Origin: Histomonas meleagridis 2922-C6/04-290x
Taxonomy: Eukaryota > Protista > Parabasalia
Assembly: GCA_020184695.1 (NCBI GenBank)
Contig: JAANOX010000205.1
Coordinates: 806,001 to 870,000 of the forward strand
Reading direction: 5' to 3'
DNA length: 64,000 nt
In this document: positions 53,380-64,000 of the stretch, piece by piece
Layout: each line of letters opens with the position of its first letter
Numbering within the stretch: position 1 is the first letter of the stretch
Position numbers and translations under genes: made by a program
The notes under the pieces: generated by a model
Databases searched by the model: none
What the model saw: only the letters and a program-made list of their open reading frames with translations
What the model was told of the DNA's origin: nothing

Positions 53380-55239
53380 TTATTTTTTCTTTTCCTTTTC
53401 CATTGACAGCTTCATCATTCCCATTGTGTCGGGTAATTCAGGGAATGAGTTCTTGATCAAGTCTTGGATGTAGTCCAGCTCCTTAAATTGCACTCGTTCG
53501 TTTTGGAATTTATCGATTTGTTTGATTAATGTGTAACACGCGGTACATTTTTGGAAGTTGATAAGACCATTAATTTCATTCGGATATCCTTCTTGGACAT
53601 ATATCAAATCTCTTTGTAAACAGCCAATGAATGGAATAGAACGCTCAGGAGCTTTCGATAATGCTGGACGATAATTATGGAAATCGTTTTGGAAATCACA
53701 TAAATCCACAAGTTCTTCATATTGCTTCTTCATGGATCGGCCCATGTTCTTCATCGCTATTTTGATCGTGTCCTTTAACCGTTGGACCGAACGATGGGTC
53801 AAACCGCAAATAACCGCAAATATGCCGTGGTAATTGTTCGCTTGTTCCTTGAAGGCAATGGCTGTTTCGACCCAATAGTTGAACATCTTGGCACGAGCCT
53901 TGGCATCGTTACCTTGGATAATGGTAAGTTGAACATATCGTGAAAATTTATCAAAATGATCAGTTAATGCATCTAAGTTGGCAGAGCCACCGCCTTTCTT
54001 TTGACCCCAGATGGCCGTAAGTAACTCCATGGGACCGATCTTATGGAATATCTTGCTATGTAATATTGACACTTGACGAGCTAACTCTACAGGATTAACA
54101 TCGGTGATTTGCTTGGGCTTGTCCGGTGACTCTATTGGCGGAGGTGGATTCTCGGAATTTGTGGTACATGTATTATTACTTTCACCCTTTAATATACGTA
54201 GTTCTGTCGTTAGAATTTTCACTTGGTTCTTGCAGCTTGGATCTGTGCTTAAGTATTTGATAAATTCATCTAATGCATTCATCATATCAGATGTAAATTG
54301 ATATGGCGTAAGTCTTAACCAGGCTGAAATAATACGGATAATGATGATTCGGATTTGTTTAAGTTGGTTTTCATCTTTTATGTTACAGTTTGGTGTGGAA
54401 ATATCGACAAAATATCGAGTAAAAATGGCAGCTAAAACTTTTGGTGGGGTCGCAAAGGATGGAAATGTTATCAAAAACAATTTTTGGAAATCAACTGTTG
54501 AATATTCGGGTTCTGTCAAAAATAATATGAGTTGATTAAACGTGGCTGCATTTGGTGAATTGGCATTACCTGTGTATTCGTTCGGATCTTGGAATACTAT
54601 TGTGTTGATTAATTTAAGTTCTTCGCGAGTTTCATTTGGGATATCTAATATTGTATAAAACAAGACAACGCGATTAGCAGATGGGTTAATAATGGAAAAC
54701 GATAATGGATTGTCAGTGTCGGTGTCAGAGCCTGAAGATGTATTACTAAATGGATTAAGAGATTGAATAAGAGCACTATGAGGCATAGATTGAGCATCAC
54801 CCTTCCTTCGTGTTTTCCTACGATGATGTTTCTTAGTCCCGTGAACAGCTGATTTTGTTTGACGTTCTTTGTTTGTTGAAAATGGATTTAATGACATGAC
54901 GCTAGTTGGTTGTAATGACATTAAAGTAAAGAAATTACCGCCCTTTGGATTTGTTTCACGTGACTTTTGAAGTGCTGAAGGTAGTTGTAATGTACCTGCT
55001 TGGCCTCCTCTATTTTGATTAAGAGGTGTACCTTTTGTATTGAATGTTATATTCGTTGGAAGACCAGACTGATTTGAGAATTTTGTTTTAGGAAGTGCTT
55101 GACTCGAATTAAGTGGAGGTTGCCCACCTTGAGGTATTGCTAACTGAGGAATTCCTGAAGTACCAGAAAACTTTGTTTCTGGAATCTTACCTGCCTTTTG
55201 CGTACTTTTTTTGCCTTCTTCGCCATTTTTTGTGCTCAT
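53380..55239 (-). CDS. RasGEF (REM + CDC25 domain)
   Basis: FLITFPSFATP (REM), VELARQVSILH, NNYHGIFAVICGL, IPFIGCLQRDL, GLINFQK. Confidence 0.9.
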   Translation of the reverse strand: MSTKNGEEGKKSTQKAGKIPETKFSGTSGIPQLAIPQGGQPPLNSSQALPKTKFSNQSGLPTNITFNTKGTPLNQNRGGQAGTLQLPSALQKSRETNPKGGNFFTLMSLQPTSVMSLNPFSTNKERQTKSAVHGTKKHHRRKTRRKGDAQSMPHSALIQSLNPFSNTSSGSDTDTDNPLSFSIINPSANRVVLFYTILDIPNETREELKLINTIVFQDPNEYTGNANSPNAATFNQLILFLTEPEYSTVDFQKLFLITFPSFATPPKVLAAIFTRYFVDISTPNCNIKDENQLKQIRIIIIRIISAWLRLTPYQFTSDMMNALDEFIKYLSTDPSCKNQVKILTTELRILKGESNNTCTTNSENPPPPIESPDKPKQITDVNPVELARQVSILHSKIFHKIGPMELLTAIWGQKKGGGSANLDALTDHFDKFSRYVQLTIIQGNDAKARAKMFNYWVETAIAFKEQANNYHGIFAVICGLTHRSVQRLKDTIKIAMKNMGRSMKKQYEELVDLCDFQNDFHNYRPALSKAPERSIPFIGCLQRDLIYVQEGYPNEINGLINFQKCTACYTLIKQIDKFQNERVQFKELDYIQDLIKNSFPELPDTMGMMKLSMEKEKKK

Positions 55240-56444
55240 AATTTCCTCAAATAGATATAAGTGTTGTTATGACACTTTTTTAACTGTTGTGAATTTTGAA
55301 ACAGCTTTTTCTGTTATCGTCTGAATACAGCCAAGCCAGCGTCTTTTTCAATATGGTTTTGTAAGGCTGAAAAATCGATATTTCTAAACAAAAACTACAT
55401 ATTAGCTAACTAAAATATAATTAATTATTCTAACACATCTGATTAATGAAAAATATGAATCTAATTTCAAAATTTTATTGAAAAATTATCAATCATGTCG
55501 ATAATTTATTCATAATTTCAATTGTTTTTTTATTATTATAAGATGTATACATCAACATATACTAAGTTTAATCATTTTTGCTTTTAACTTTTGGAATTTT
55601 TTTTTAATTAATAAATCTCAGAAAATATTTTTTTCTTTTCAGCAAACGCAAAAGACCACAGCAACAAAATATGTTTGTCCAATTTTAATTTGATAATCTT
55701 ACAATGGTCAAAACTTTTTAACTTTTTATTGAAGGGTTTTTTTAAAATATTATGAATACTCAAAGTTATATATTGATTTTGAATTCGATGGCATTTTTAT
55801 GAAAAAAATCTTGAATATTTTATTCATGTCTTTATATGAATAAATATCATATAAAAACTACAATGACATTTGATCATCTTTTAGTAAAACAATTTCCAGA
55901 ATACTTATTTATGAAAAAGTGAGAATCATGTTTATATAATCATCAATATCTTAAATTAATTCAAAACCATCAAGATAATCTTTGAATGAATATAAATATA
56001 TAAAGTTTTCTATATACAGAAATCATGATAGAAGGTGTAAAAATGCCTATTATCACGAATATTTAATATATAAAAATTTTATTCTGATAGTTAAATAGAA
56101 ACGTTTTGTTAATGCGAAATGGTATCCAAACAGATTTAACATCACATGAACACATGAAGTCAGATGTGATTTGACGATGAGGTGTCAGAAAAGTCGATCC
56201 CAAGTGTCAAATTTGCCCTTTCTCCAGCGAACGTCACTGCCGAAATTTGATAGACGATGTGCAATGAACTCATTTGCATTGAATATTTCTGGCAAGAGAC
56301 AAAATTTCTATGCAGATCACTGAAAAAGCGTTACACTTTTGCGACACAAAAGTTTTGTGGTTTTATTCAGCGGTTTTTTATAATGGCATTTTTTCAGTTC
56401 ATCATCGAACGTTTATTCTCGTTTTTAATTCTTCGTAACCTATG

Positions 56445-58224
56445 AATTACAATTCGAAACATAAACACATTTTCTAAATTACAATTCGGAACATAAAAAC
56501 ATTTTATAAATTACAATTCGAAACATTAAAACATTTTCTAAATTACAATTCGGAACATAAAAACATTTTCTAAATTATAATTCGGAACATTAAAACATTT
56601 TCTAAATTACAATTCGGAACATAAAAAGCATTTTCCTAGAAATTATAATTCAGACATTAAAACATTTCTAAATTACAATTGGAACATTAAAACATTTTCT
56701 AAATTATAATTCGGAACATTAAAACATTTCTAAGTACAATTCCGGAACATAAAAACATTTTCTAAGTATAATTCGGAACATTAAAACATTTTCTAAATTA
56801 CAATTCCGGAACATAAAAACATTTTCTAAATTATAATTCGGAACATAAAAACATTTCTAAGTATAATTCGGAACATAAAAACATTTTCTAAATTACAATT
56901 GAACCTTAAAACATTTTCTAAATTATAATTGGAACAAAGCATTTTCTAAATTTAATTCGGAACATAAAGCATTTTCTAAATTATAATTCCAGACATAAAC
57001 ATTTTCTAAATTATAATTCGGAACATAAAAACATTTTCTAAATTACAATTCGGAACATAAAAACATTTTCTAAATTATAATTCGGAACACAAAAACATTT
57101 TCTAAATTACAATTCGGAACATAAAAACATTTTCTAAATTATAATTCGGAACATAAAAACATTTTCTAAATTATAATTCGGAACATTAAAACATTTTCTA
57201 AATTATAATTCGGAACATAAAAACATTTTCTAAATTATAATTCGGAACATAAAAACATTTTCTAAATTATAATTCGGAACATAAAAACATTTTCTAAATT
57301 ATAATTCGGAACATTAAAAACATTTTTCTAAATTAGAAGTCGGAACATAAAATCATTTTCTAAATTATAATTCGGAACATAAAAACATTTTCTAAATTAT
57401 AATTCGGAACATAAAAACATTTTCTAAATTATAATTCGGAACATTAAAACATTTTCTAAATTATAATTCGAAACATTAAAACATTTTCTAAATTATAATT
57501 CGGAACATTAAAACATTTTCTAAATTATAATTCGGAACATTAAAACATTTTCTAAATTATAATTCGGAACATTAAAACATTTTCTAAATTACAATTCGGA
57601 ACATAAAAACATTTTCTAAATTATAATTCGGAACATTAAAACATTTTCTAAATTACAATTCGGAACATAAAAACATTTTCTAAATTATAATTCGGAACAT
57701 AAAAACATTTTCTAAATTATAATTCGGAACATAAAAACATTTTCTAAATTACAATTCGGAACATAAAAACATTTTCTAAATTATAATTCGGAACATAAAA
57801 ACATTTTCTAAATTATAATTCGGAACATTAAAACATTTTCTAAATTATAATTCGGAACATTAAAACATTTTCTAAATTACAATTCGGAACATAAAAACAT
57901 TTTCTAAATTATAATTCGGAACATTAAAACATTTTCTAAATTACAATTCGGAACATAAAAACATTTTCTAAATTATAATTCGGAACATTAAAACATTTTC
58001 TAAATTACAATTCGGAACATAAAAACATTTTCTAAATTACAATTCGGAACATTAAAACATTTTCTAAATTACAATTCGAAACATAAAAACATTTTCTAAA
58101 TTACAATTCGGAACATAAAAACATTTTCTAAATTATAATTCGGAACATAAAAACATTTTCTAAATTATAATTCGAAGCATTAAAACATTTTCTAAATTAC
58201 AATTCGAAACGCAAAAACATTTTT
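56445..58224. repeat. Tandem array (minisatellite), 32-bp unit AATTA(T/C)AATTCGGAACAT(A/T)AAAACATTTTCTA, about 55 copies
   Basis: Exact 32-bp periodicity read directly (units at 57009, 57041, 57073, 57105...). No spacers, so not CRISPR. Stops in the frames, so non-coding. Confidence 0.97.
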
Positions 58225-58250
58225 TGAAAAATGTTCGTTTTTTATTTATT

Positions 58251-61200
58251 TTAATTGTATATTTTAACTGATTGGTCATTATCGATATACGATGAGTAAT
58301 ACGAGTAAGAGCTTTTCTTCTTTTCCATTGGGTGTTCAATTATCAAAACTTTATCTTTTTCGTAATGTTCGAATGCGATTTGGTCGTTCTTCAAGAAGTC
58401 CTTTGATGTTGTTTCAGCGTCACCGAACATCAGACGACATTTCTTTATCCATTGCGCGTTATCATAAATTGCGGACAATCTCTCGAATATTTGCTTTGTA
58501 GTTTCGTCCTTTTTGATTACGAAGTAGAATGGGTCATAATCCTTTAATGTACGAGACGAAGTTAAAGAACAATGTGAAACTTTGACGAGAACTTCATTTT
58601 CTTCATTAATATTTTGTTGTTCTTCAGTTATTATATCGAATCTAATTTGTACGGAAGTGAATTTTTTAATTATATCATCATTTTTATATTCATTTTGATA
58701 AAAGTTATTTGAACCTATTTTAGAAATTCGATATTTATCATCTTTTGTTATTAAATTCTTAGATATTAAATCATTAATAATATCATTAATTGTCATATCA
58801 TTTAAATAATATATTTGATATTTCTCTACAATTGGAATTTGTCGACAAATTGATATAATTATACCATTTAATTGATTAATAATTTCTTCATCAACATTCT
58901 TAATGAAATAATAAAATATCTTTTGATTGTTCTTAGTTTTTGGTGAATTAAATTCATTTCGTACTACACCTGTTTTAGATAATGTTACAATTGGTTTAGT
59001 ATCAGGTCCTTCGCCATCTAATGCTCGTTTATATAATAACAATGTATCAGTCTCAATATTATAATCAATATCTAATGCAATAGCTATAAATTTCTTTAAG
59101 TTAATTAATGTCGTATCTCTTGGAAATGAGACTTTTTTAATTGGATGTTGTCGATCGAAATAATTATAACATGTAACAACTTGTGAATCTTTTTTAGAGA
59201 GATATTTATCAACTGTTTTAGGTGAACTAGACATAACATTAGAATAATCTAAGATATCTTCTTGAGGTTCATTACTTTCATTTAATTCGAATTCTGGTAT
59301 AATTTCTTTGATATTTTGTTTAGTGATGAAATTATAATTACATTGTATTGTACTTGTTTTAGGATCTTTTGGATCTAATTGAAAGATTAATATGATTTTA
59401 TCTTCACGTATATAATCATCAAAATCTGTTTTATGTATATATCTATTCGAATCTGTAAATATTAAAAAGTTTACATCTTCATTTATATTAAGTTTAGCTT
59501 TAACTATTGGTATTAACTTTGAATAATGTTCACCATATTTTAATAAAGTACTACCAATATATTGTAATGGATAATCTAATGTAGAATCAAAATATTCTAA
59601 GAAAACTATAGTTTGTTTTGTAGGTGAATAATCTTCATCTTTATCTTTCTTTTGTAAAAACAAATCATATGAAAAGAATATTTCATCATCATATTCTATT
59701 GGTTGATAAGGGACATAACCATTTGTACTAAATAATTTCCAAAGTCGAAATTCTTCTACATCAAGTTTATATTCTTCTGCGATCTTATGATATAATTCTT
59801 TTTGTGTAGTTTTAGCTTCAACTTTAAATGGCTTTGCAAGTTTATCATATACAAATTTACTCTTATTATTAACTAAATTAGCAATTATTGATTTTTCATC
59901 ATATATTTTAATTTCTTTTGTTGCAAATTCAAATGGTTTAATTTCAGTAACTTTGTTATCTTCATTATTCTTTGTGTCATCATCATCTTTAGTCTTTGTT
60001 GGTTTTTGATCACCTTTTTCAACATAATCTTTTAAGTATTGTGGAATTTCATCTTCACTTACAGGTTTATAAATATTTTCTGCATCATCTCTTCTAACAT
60101 AAATTAATAAATATCCATTATAACTTTTCTCGGAAGAAGTATAAGAAGAACTTGATACACCACCAAAGTTATCTTCAATTGCATCTTCTTTCTTAGCTTT
60201 AGTTACTGTACTATCATTAAATTTATACCATTGTGGATCAGTTGAAGTTCTTAAAAATGCATAATAATGTCCACCACGTACAGATCCATGATGTACTAAT
60301 ACGCCATAAAGATCATATACCCATGACTTAGTATGGTCTGCATCTTTAGCTAAGTATGGATCCAAGTCAATACTTTCCGGAAATTCAAATCGTGAATTAA
60401 TCTTTGTCATTGTATCATAGACATAATCATATTCAAATCGGCCTAAATGTAATTGTAATACTTTCGGAAACTCAATGAATTCTGTGCCAAGTTTCGCATC
60501 TTGTTTACCATATTCATCTGTAGAATATTGATTAGCTCCTTCAAGGATTTCGACTTCTGTAAATTTGTTAAATGATTCAATCAAATTTGGTGTGTTCTTA
60601 ACAACCATTGATAAGTCATAAAATGGTTCAATTCGTGAACTTTCATAATCAACATTAATACATCGTACAAATGATCGATATGTCCCTTTAAATAGATTAG
60701 GAATACTTCCATCTATTTTCGTTCCTTTCATTTTGTTCTCAAGATTATCTAATAATACTCGGCAAAACTCTTGAACATCATGTTGAATAAATGTTAAATG
60801 TGTATTCCATCCAAATGACGTAGTTAATTCTTTGGTAGAACATGCGCTAGTTCCTAATTGCATCTTGGCAAATAACCGTTGCAATGCTAATGGAATATTC
60901 TTCTTGATATCGTCGTCGACGTTAACTTGCATTTGATACACTAACCGTCGGAACGCTGGTAAGTGGAAAAGTGCCTCCAACATCGAATTCATATAACATG
61001 TCGCTCCTTGGTTGTATAAACCAACATAGCCAGTCTCCTTTTTGGAGTCATGGATTTGTGTGCGTGTGACAGAGCCAGAGGTATAATTACCATAGTTAAA
61101 ACGATGAAAATATGATGGTGAAATATCATCGACTTGGGATGATGCCGTGTTGTATAATTTGTCTTTGGATTTCTTCTTAAGAAATGATTTGCTAACTGCG

Positions 61201-61934
61201 GCTTTGAATTTGATGGTAATATGCCCAAGAATAACATAATCTGTTTCCTCAGTGAGTACAATATCTTTTGGAAACGTGCCAAAATCAACAATGTCATTGA
61301 CTTTTTCAATCTGTTGTGATTTCTTGACTTTTTTGTTGAGCTTTTGATCAACATTTAGAAGCTTCATTTGGAAGAACATTTCGAATGGACGACGGACTTT
61401 AATAAATTTGACTTTTGGATGGAAATTATTAGTTTTTGAATCTTTGGTTATTATGACGACATAATTACCATATGTACCAAGTTGACATGGTTTGCTTTCA
61501 TTGTCACCATCGTGGTATTCTGCATATCCGAGTTCAAACTTCTCTTCAAATAATTTTGTATCATCATACTCATTCTTCATAATCTTATATTCAATAACAA
61601 GAGAGTCATTTATAATCCAACCTGGCTCACTCATGAGAGTCGAAACAGATATTGGAGAATCAACACTCATCGAAAAAAAATTATCTTCACACAATATTAT
61701 ATACTTTGAAATTGCTTGAGGTGGAACCTCTGGGTTAGCGTTGCGTACTTTTAGCTCTACTCTTCCTTCATAAGGTTCAAACGATTGAAAGACAATAGAA
61801 TGACCTCCTTCAGCAAAAATTGTGATTTTACCACCTCCAGGTTCTTTAACATTTTCTTGAGCAGAGTTTGCTTCTTTAAAATTACTGATTTTCCATTTCC
61901 CACTTGTGTATTCTCTTTCGAAAGAATTCTTCAT
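58251..61934 (-). CDS. Ubiquitin carboxyl-terminal hydrolase, USP7-like (peptidase C19)
   Basis: GYVGLYNQGATCYMNS Cys box, QHDVQEF, HHGSVRGGHYYAF His box, WYKFNDS; MATH-like N-terminal segments. Confidence 0.9.
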   Translation of the reverse strand: MKNSFEREYTSGKWKISNFKEANSAQENVKEPGGGKITIFAEGGHSIVFQSFEPYEGRVELKVRNANPEVPPQAISKYIILCEDNFFSMSVDSPISVSTLMSEPGWIINDSLVIEYKIMKNEYDDTKLFEEKFELGYAEYHDGDNESKPCQLGTYGNYVVIITKDSKTNNFHPKVKFIKVRRPFEMFFQMKLLNVDQKLNKKVKKSQQIEKVNDIVDFGTFPKDIVLTEETDYVILGHITIKFKAAVSKSFLKKKSKDKLYNTASSQVDDISPSYFHRFNYGNYTSGSVTRTQIHDSKKETGYVGLYNQGATCYMNSMLEALFHLPAFRRLVYQMQVNVDDDIKKNIPLALQRLFAKMQLGTSACSTKELTTSFGWNTHLTFIQHDVQEFCRVLLDNLENKMKGTKIDGSIPNLFKGTYRSFVRCINVDYESSRIEPFYDLSMVVKNTPNLIESFNKFTEVEILEGANQYSTDEYGKQDAKLGTEFIEFPKVLQLHLGRFEYDYVYDTMTKINSRFEFPESIDLDPYLAKDADHTKSWVYDLYGVLVHHGSVRGGHYYAFLRTSTDPQWYKFNDSTVTKAKKEDAIEDNFGGVSSSSYTSSEKSYNGYLLIYVRRDDAENIYKPVSEDEIPQYLKDYVEKGDQKPTKTKDDDDTKNNEDNKVTEIKPFEFATKEIKIYDEKSIIANLVNNKSKFVYDKLAKPFKVEAKTTQKELYHKIAEEYKLDVEEFRLWKLFSTNGYVPYQPIEYDDEIFFSYDLFLQKKDKDEDYSPTKQTIVFLEYFDSTLDYPLQYIGSTLLKYGEHYSKLIPIVKAKLNINEDVNFLIFTDSNRYIHKTDFDDYIREDKIILIFQLDPKDPKTSTIQCNYNFITKQNIKEIIPEFELNESNEPQEDILDYSNVMSSSPKTVDKYLSKKDSQVVTCYNYFDRQHPIKKVSFPRDTTLINLKKFIAIALDIDYNIETDTLLLYKRALDGEGPDTKPIVTLSKTGVVRNEFNSPKTKNNQKIFYYFIKNVDEEIINQLNGIIISICRQIPIVEKYQIYYLNDMTINDIINDLISKNLITKDDKYRISKIGSNNFYQNEYKNDDIIKKFTSVQIRFDIITEEQQNINEENEVLVKVSHCSLTSSRTLKDYDPFYFVIKKDETTKQIFERLSAIYDNAQWIKKCRLMFGDAETTSKDFLKNDQIAFEHYEKDKVLIIEHPMEKKKSSYSYYSSYIDNDQSVKIYN

Positions 61935-62327
61935 TTGTTTGAGCCAACTAAATTTGAATTAAATTTGAATGACTATGTCAAACGATCAACCAACGTGTCA
62001 AACTGATCAATTTCAGATGGCATTTCATCATTGAAAAAAAAGAAATTTCAGCCAAAAGTAAATTTGTAAAAAAGTGAAAAAATATTTTCCAAACGTCATG
62101 TGCGATCATATTAAATTCAAAAAGTTAATGATGTAATCAAAATTAGAAGCTTCTAACATCTACGATTCATTACCAAAAACAAATGTTTAGTTTTCTATTT
62201 TCATATCAAAAGCATTTGTGTAGAAAACTTTGAAATTTCATTTATCATTTGAACAAAATTAATTTTCAAGTTTTTTTACTTATATTAAAATAAAGAATTC
62301 ATGACATCGGAACGTTCTTAATGTGTA

Positions 62328-63461
62328 TCAGGATGTGAGTAATCTTTTTTTTGGTATCATTTCTTCAAAATAAGTTTGATTAAGATAATCATTAAGTTCG
62401 ATTTCATTTGCGAAATATTTAAGTTGCTGTGCATATAGCTTTCGAATTTCATTGCTCATTTCATGGTTGTAAAAGAATCTTAAAAATCTTTTTTTGTTAC
62501 CAAAACATTGAGCAAATTGATGAAATGATTGTACAAATGTAGGAACATTCCGAAGCATTTTAGCGCATTTATAAAGAAGTCGATGCTCGCTTGGGTCAAC
62601 CAAAGGCGCAATCTCGACAAGCACTTTTGCGGCGGTTTCAGGGAAATTTTTAATAGCTTCTGTGAAAGCTGAGAAAAACTGCCCAAATTCAGAGAAACTC
62701 ACCATTTGAGAGAAGCAAGAAAGTGCACTTACTGTTGTTTTAGGATCATGTAAAAGTCCTATATATGTGTCTGTCATATGTGGTGTGATATAGCCAAAAA
62801 CTGAAGCAGCTGCATTGCGAACTAGATCTGATTCATCATGTGCACCTGCATTTAAAATTGGTTCAATGATATGATCTCGAAATGTACATGTCACAAGTGA
62901 ATTAATTACTTTGACACGAACTAGTGGATCGGAATCAGAAGCTAATGTTTGAAATTGGTTAATAATCCGATAGTTTTTACGTACAAGTGTAATGATTGCA
63001 ACTGATAGAACTCTTAGTTTGACGACTTCTGATGTTGAGTATTTGAATATCGCTTCAACTAAGATATCATCACGAAAACGTGAAGAGATTGAAGAAACTG
63101 AGTCACAATAGAGATCTAAGAACTTTTCTTCTTCTCCATCTGAAGAATTTAAGTATGTGGTTATTATTGAATCTAAAATTTCGTTCTTAATTTGGTCTAA
63201 CATTTCTTCTCCTAAATTATCAATAATAATTTTGATAAGATCAGGGATCCCATTAAGGGATTCAAGCTCATGATTTAAAATTGATTTTTTCATATTAGGA
63301 ATCAAAACAGTCGACACCATGTTATCCTGAATAAATTTCTCTGCAGAAATATCTTGATGAAGAAATGGCAAACATAAGCTCGAAAGTGTGGACGTAGGGT
63401 CGCTCATCTGTGAAATTAAGAAAGCAGGAGAGGGAGAAAAGTTGGGGCTCACGGAATCCAT
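62328..63461 (-). CDS. HEAT-repeat protein (PP2A scaffold-like)
   Basis: LASDSDPLVRVKV and AHDESDLVRNAAA HEAT motifs. ATG at 63461. Confidence 0.7.
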   Translation of the reverse strand: MDSVSPNFSPSPAFLISQMSDPTSTLSSLCLPFLHQDISAEKFIQDNMVSTVLIPNMKKSILNHELESLNGIPDLIKIIIDNLGEEMLDQIKNEILDSIITTYLNSSDGEEEKFLDLYCDSVSSISSRFRDDILVEAIFKYSTSEVVKLRVLSVAIITLVRKNYRIINQFQTLASDSDPLVRVKVINSLVTCTFRDHIIEPILNAGAHDESDLVRNAAASVFGYITPHMTDTYIGLLHDPKTTVSALSCFSQMVSFSEFGQFFSAFTEAIKNFPETAAKVLVEIAPLVDPSEHRLLYKCAKMLRNVPTFVQSFHQFAQCFGNKKRFLRFFYNHEMSNEIRKLYAQQLKYFANEIELNDYLNQTYFEEMIPKKRLLTS

Positions 63462-63883
63462 TTCAATGTCCAATTTACACACAAAAATCATTTTTCATTC
63501 AAAATTCTGTGGCCATAACCATTTTAAAAACTAGAAATATTCTTGTAAAACCGAATCAAAACATATTTCTTTTTGGTGTTTAGATTTTATATATCATTTG
63601 AAATATTACTTGAAAAAATTTCATGGGAATACGCTGTATTTAATTGATTACGACGAAAATAATTTTCCGGTATGGCTGACGTTCCTTTATCCTTTGAAAA
63701 TTTCAATGATGACATTTTTGCTATGAATGTAAAGCAACTCAAAATTTCGTTATCGTATGGTCGCAGAGAACCTTTTGAATTTTTGAATGACGAATGAAAT
63801 TTTGGACAGAATCGAAAATTTGGCAAAATGACATTTAATCCAAAGAAATTCAAGAAAACAACAATTTTTACAAAAAGAGATGG

Positions 63884-64000
63884 CTACAATTTTTCCTCGG
63901 CTGAATTTTGATCTGCCTTGTCACTCGCATCAACGCTCTCAATGATAGCTTTGATTTCATCTGTATCATTCATATCTGAAAGTTCGCCTATATCATGTGC
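63884..64000 (-). CDS. 3' end of a gene that starts beyond the window
   Basis: Open frame AHDIGELSDMNDTDEIKAIIESVDASDKADQNSAEEKL* with coding-like GC content. Confidence 0.55.
   Translation of the reverse strand, partial: AHDIGELSDMNDTDEIKAIIESVDASDKADQNSAEEKL

Noticed and set aside
56445-58224. CRISPR array interpretation of the 32-bp repeat
   Set aside because: Units are directly adjacent with no unique spacers, there are no cas genes, and the context is eukaryotic.
1-64000. Global TAA/TAG-to-Gln code reassignment (as in hexamitids)
   Set aside because: Conserved genes such as GAPDH, UBA3, MVD and PFDN2 end at TAA at their expected lengths, and long ORFs are otherwise uninterrupted.
1-64000. 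Canonical trichomonad spliceosomal introns (ACTAACACACAG-type 3' motif)
   Set aside because: No such motif was seen at any gene discontinuity by eye. Very short introns cannot be fully excluded without RNA data.

Overview
AT-rich, gene-dense, apparently intron-free eukaryotic DNA. It is most likely from a parabasalid (trichomonad or tritrichomonad): the GAPDH is of the parabasalid type (YDTAHRKF, LSWYDNEWMYSCRCADIFHRL), TCATT/TCACT initiator (Inr) elements sit just before several ATGs, and the gene families are those expanded in Trichomonas (half-size ABCA, R2R3 Myb, TKL kinase, BspA-LRR, ankyrin, Rabs). The species cannot be fixed from the sequence alone. TAA ends intact genes such as GAPDH, so the standard code is used. 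About 40 housekeeping or hypothetical CDSs are present, including ABCA, Rab, PFDN2, CARMIL-like LRR, Myb, importin-beta-like, TMEM62-like, UBA3, CCDC61, CAP-Gly, HP1-like, tetraspanin-like, bromodomain, ELP1, Ras, SmB, GAPDH, UBC6, MVD, RasGEF and USP7-like. No tRNA, rRNA or CRISPR array was seen. The main non-genic feature is a ~1.78 kb tandem array of a 32-bp unit (~55 copies, 56445-58224). It has a palindromic core, two binary variant sites, a fold-back at its right edge and a GC-elevated structured island at its left edge, and it lies in the largest gene-free gap. Other oddities are a full-length importin-beta-like gene split by one in-frame TAA, a coiled-coil ORF whose Inr-positioned start is TTG, a Tc1/mariner transposase relic, a cluster of Myb-type TATCGT motifs, a frameshifted Rab, a probable pseudokinase and several gene relics. 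Some disruptions may be assembly errors. I did not find a clearly new multi-gene system. The array region is the best candidate for something undescribed.
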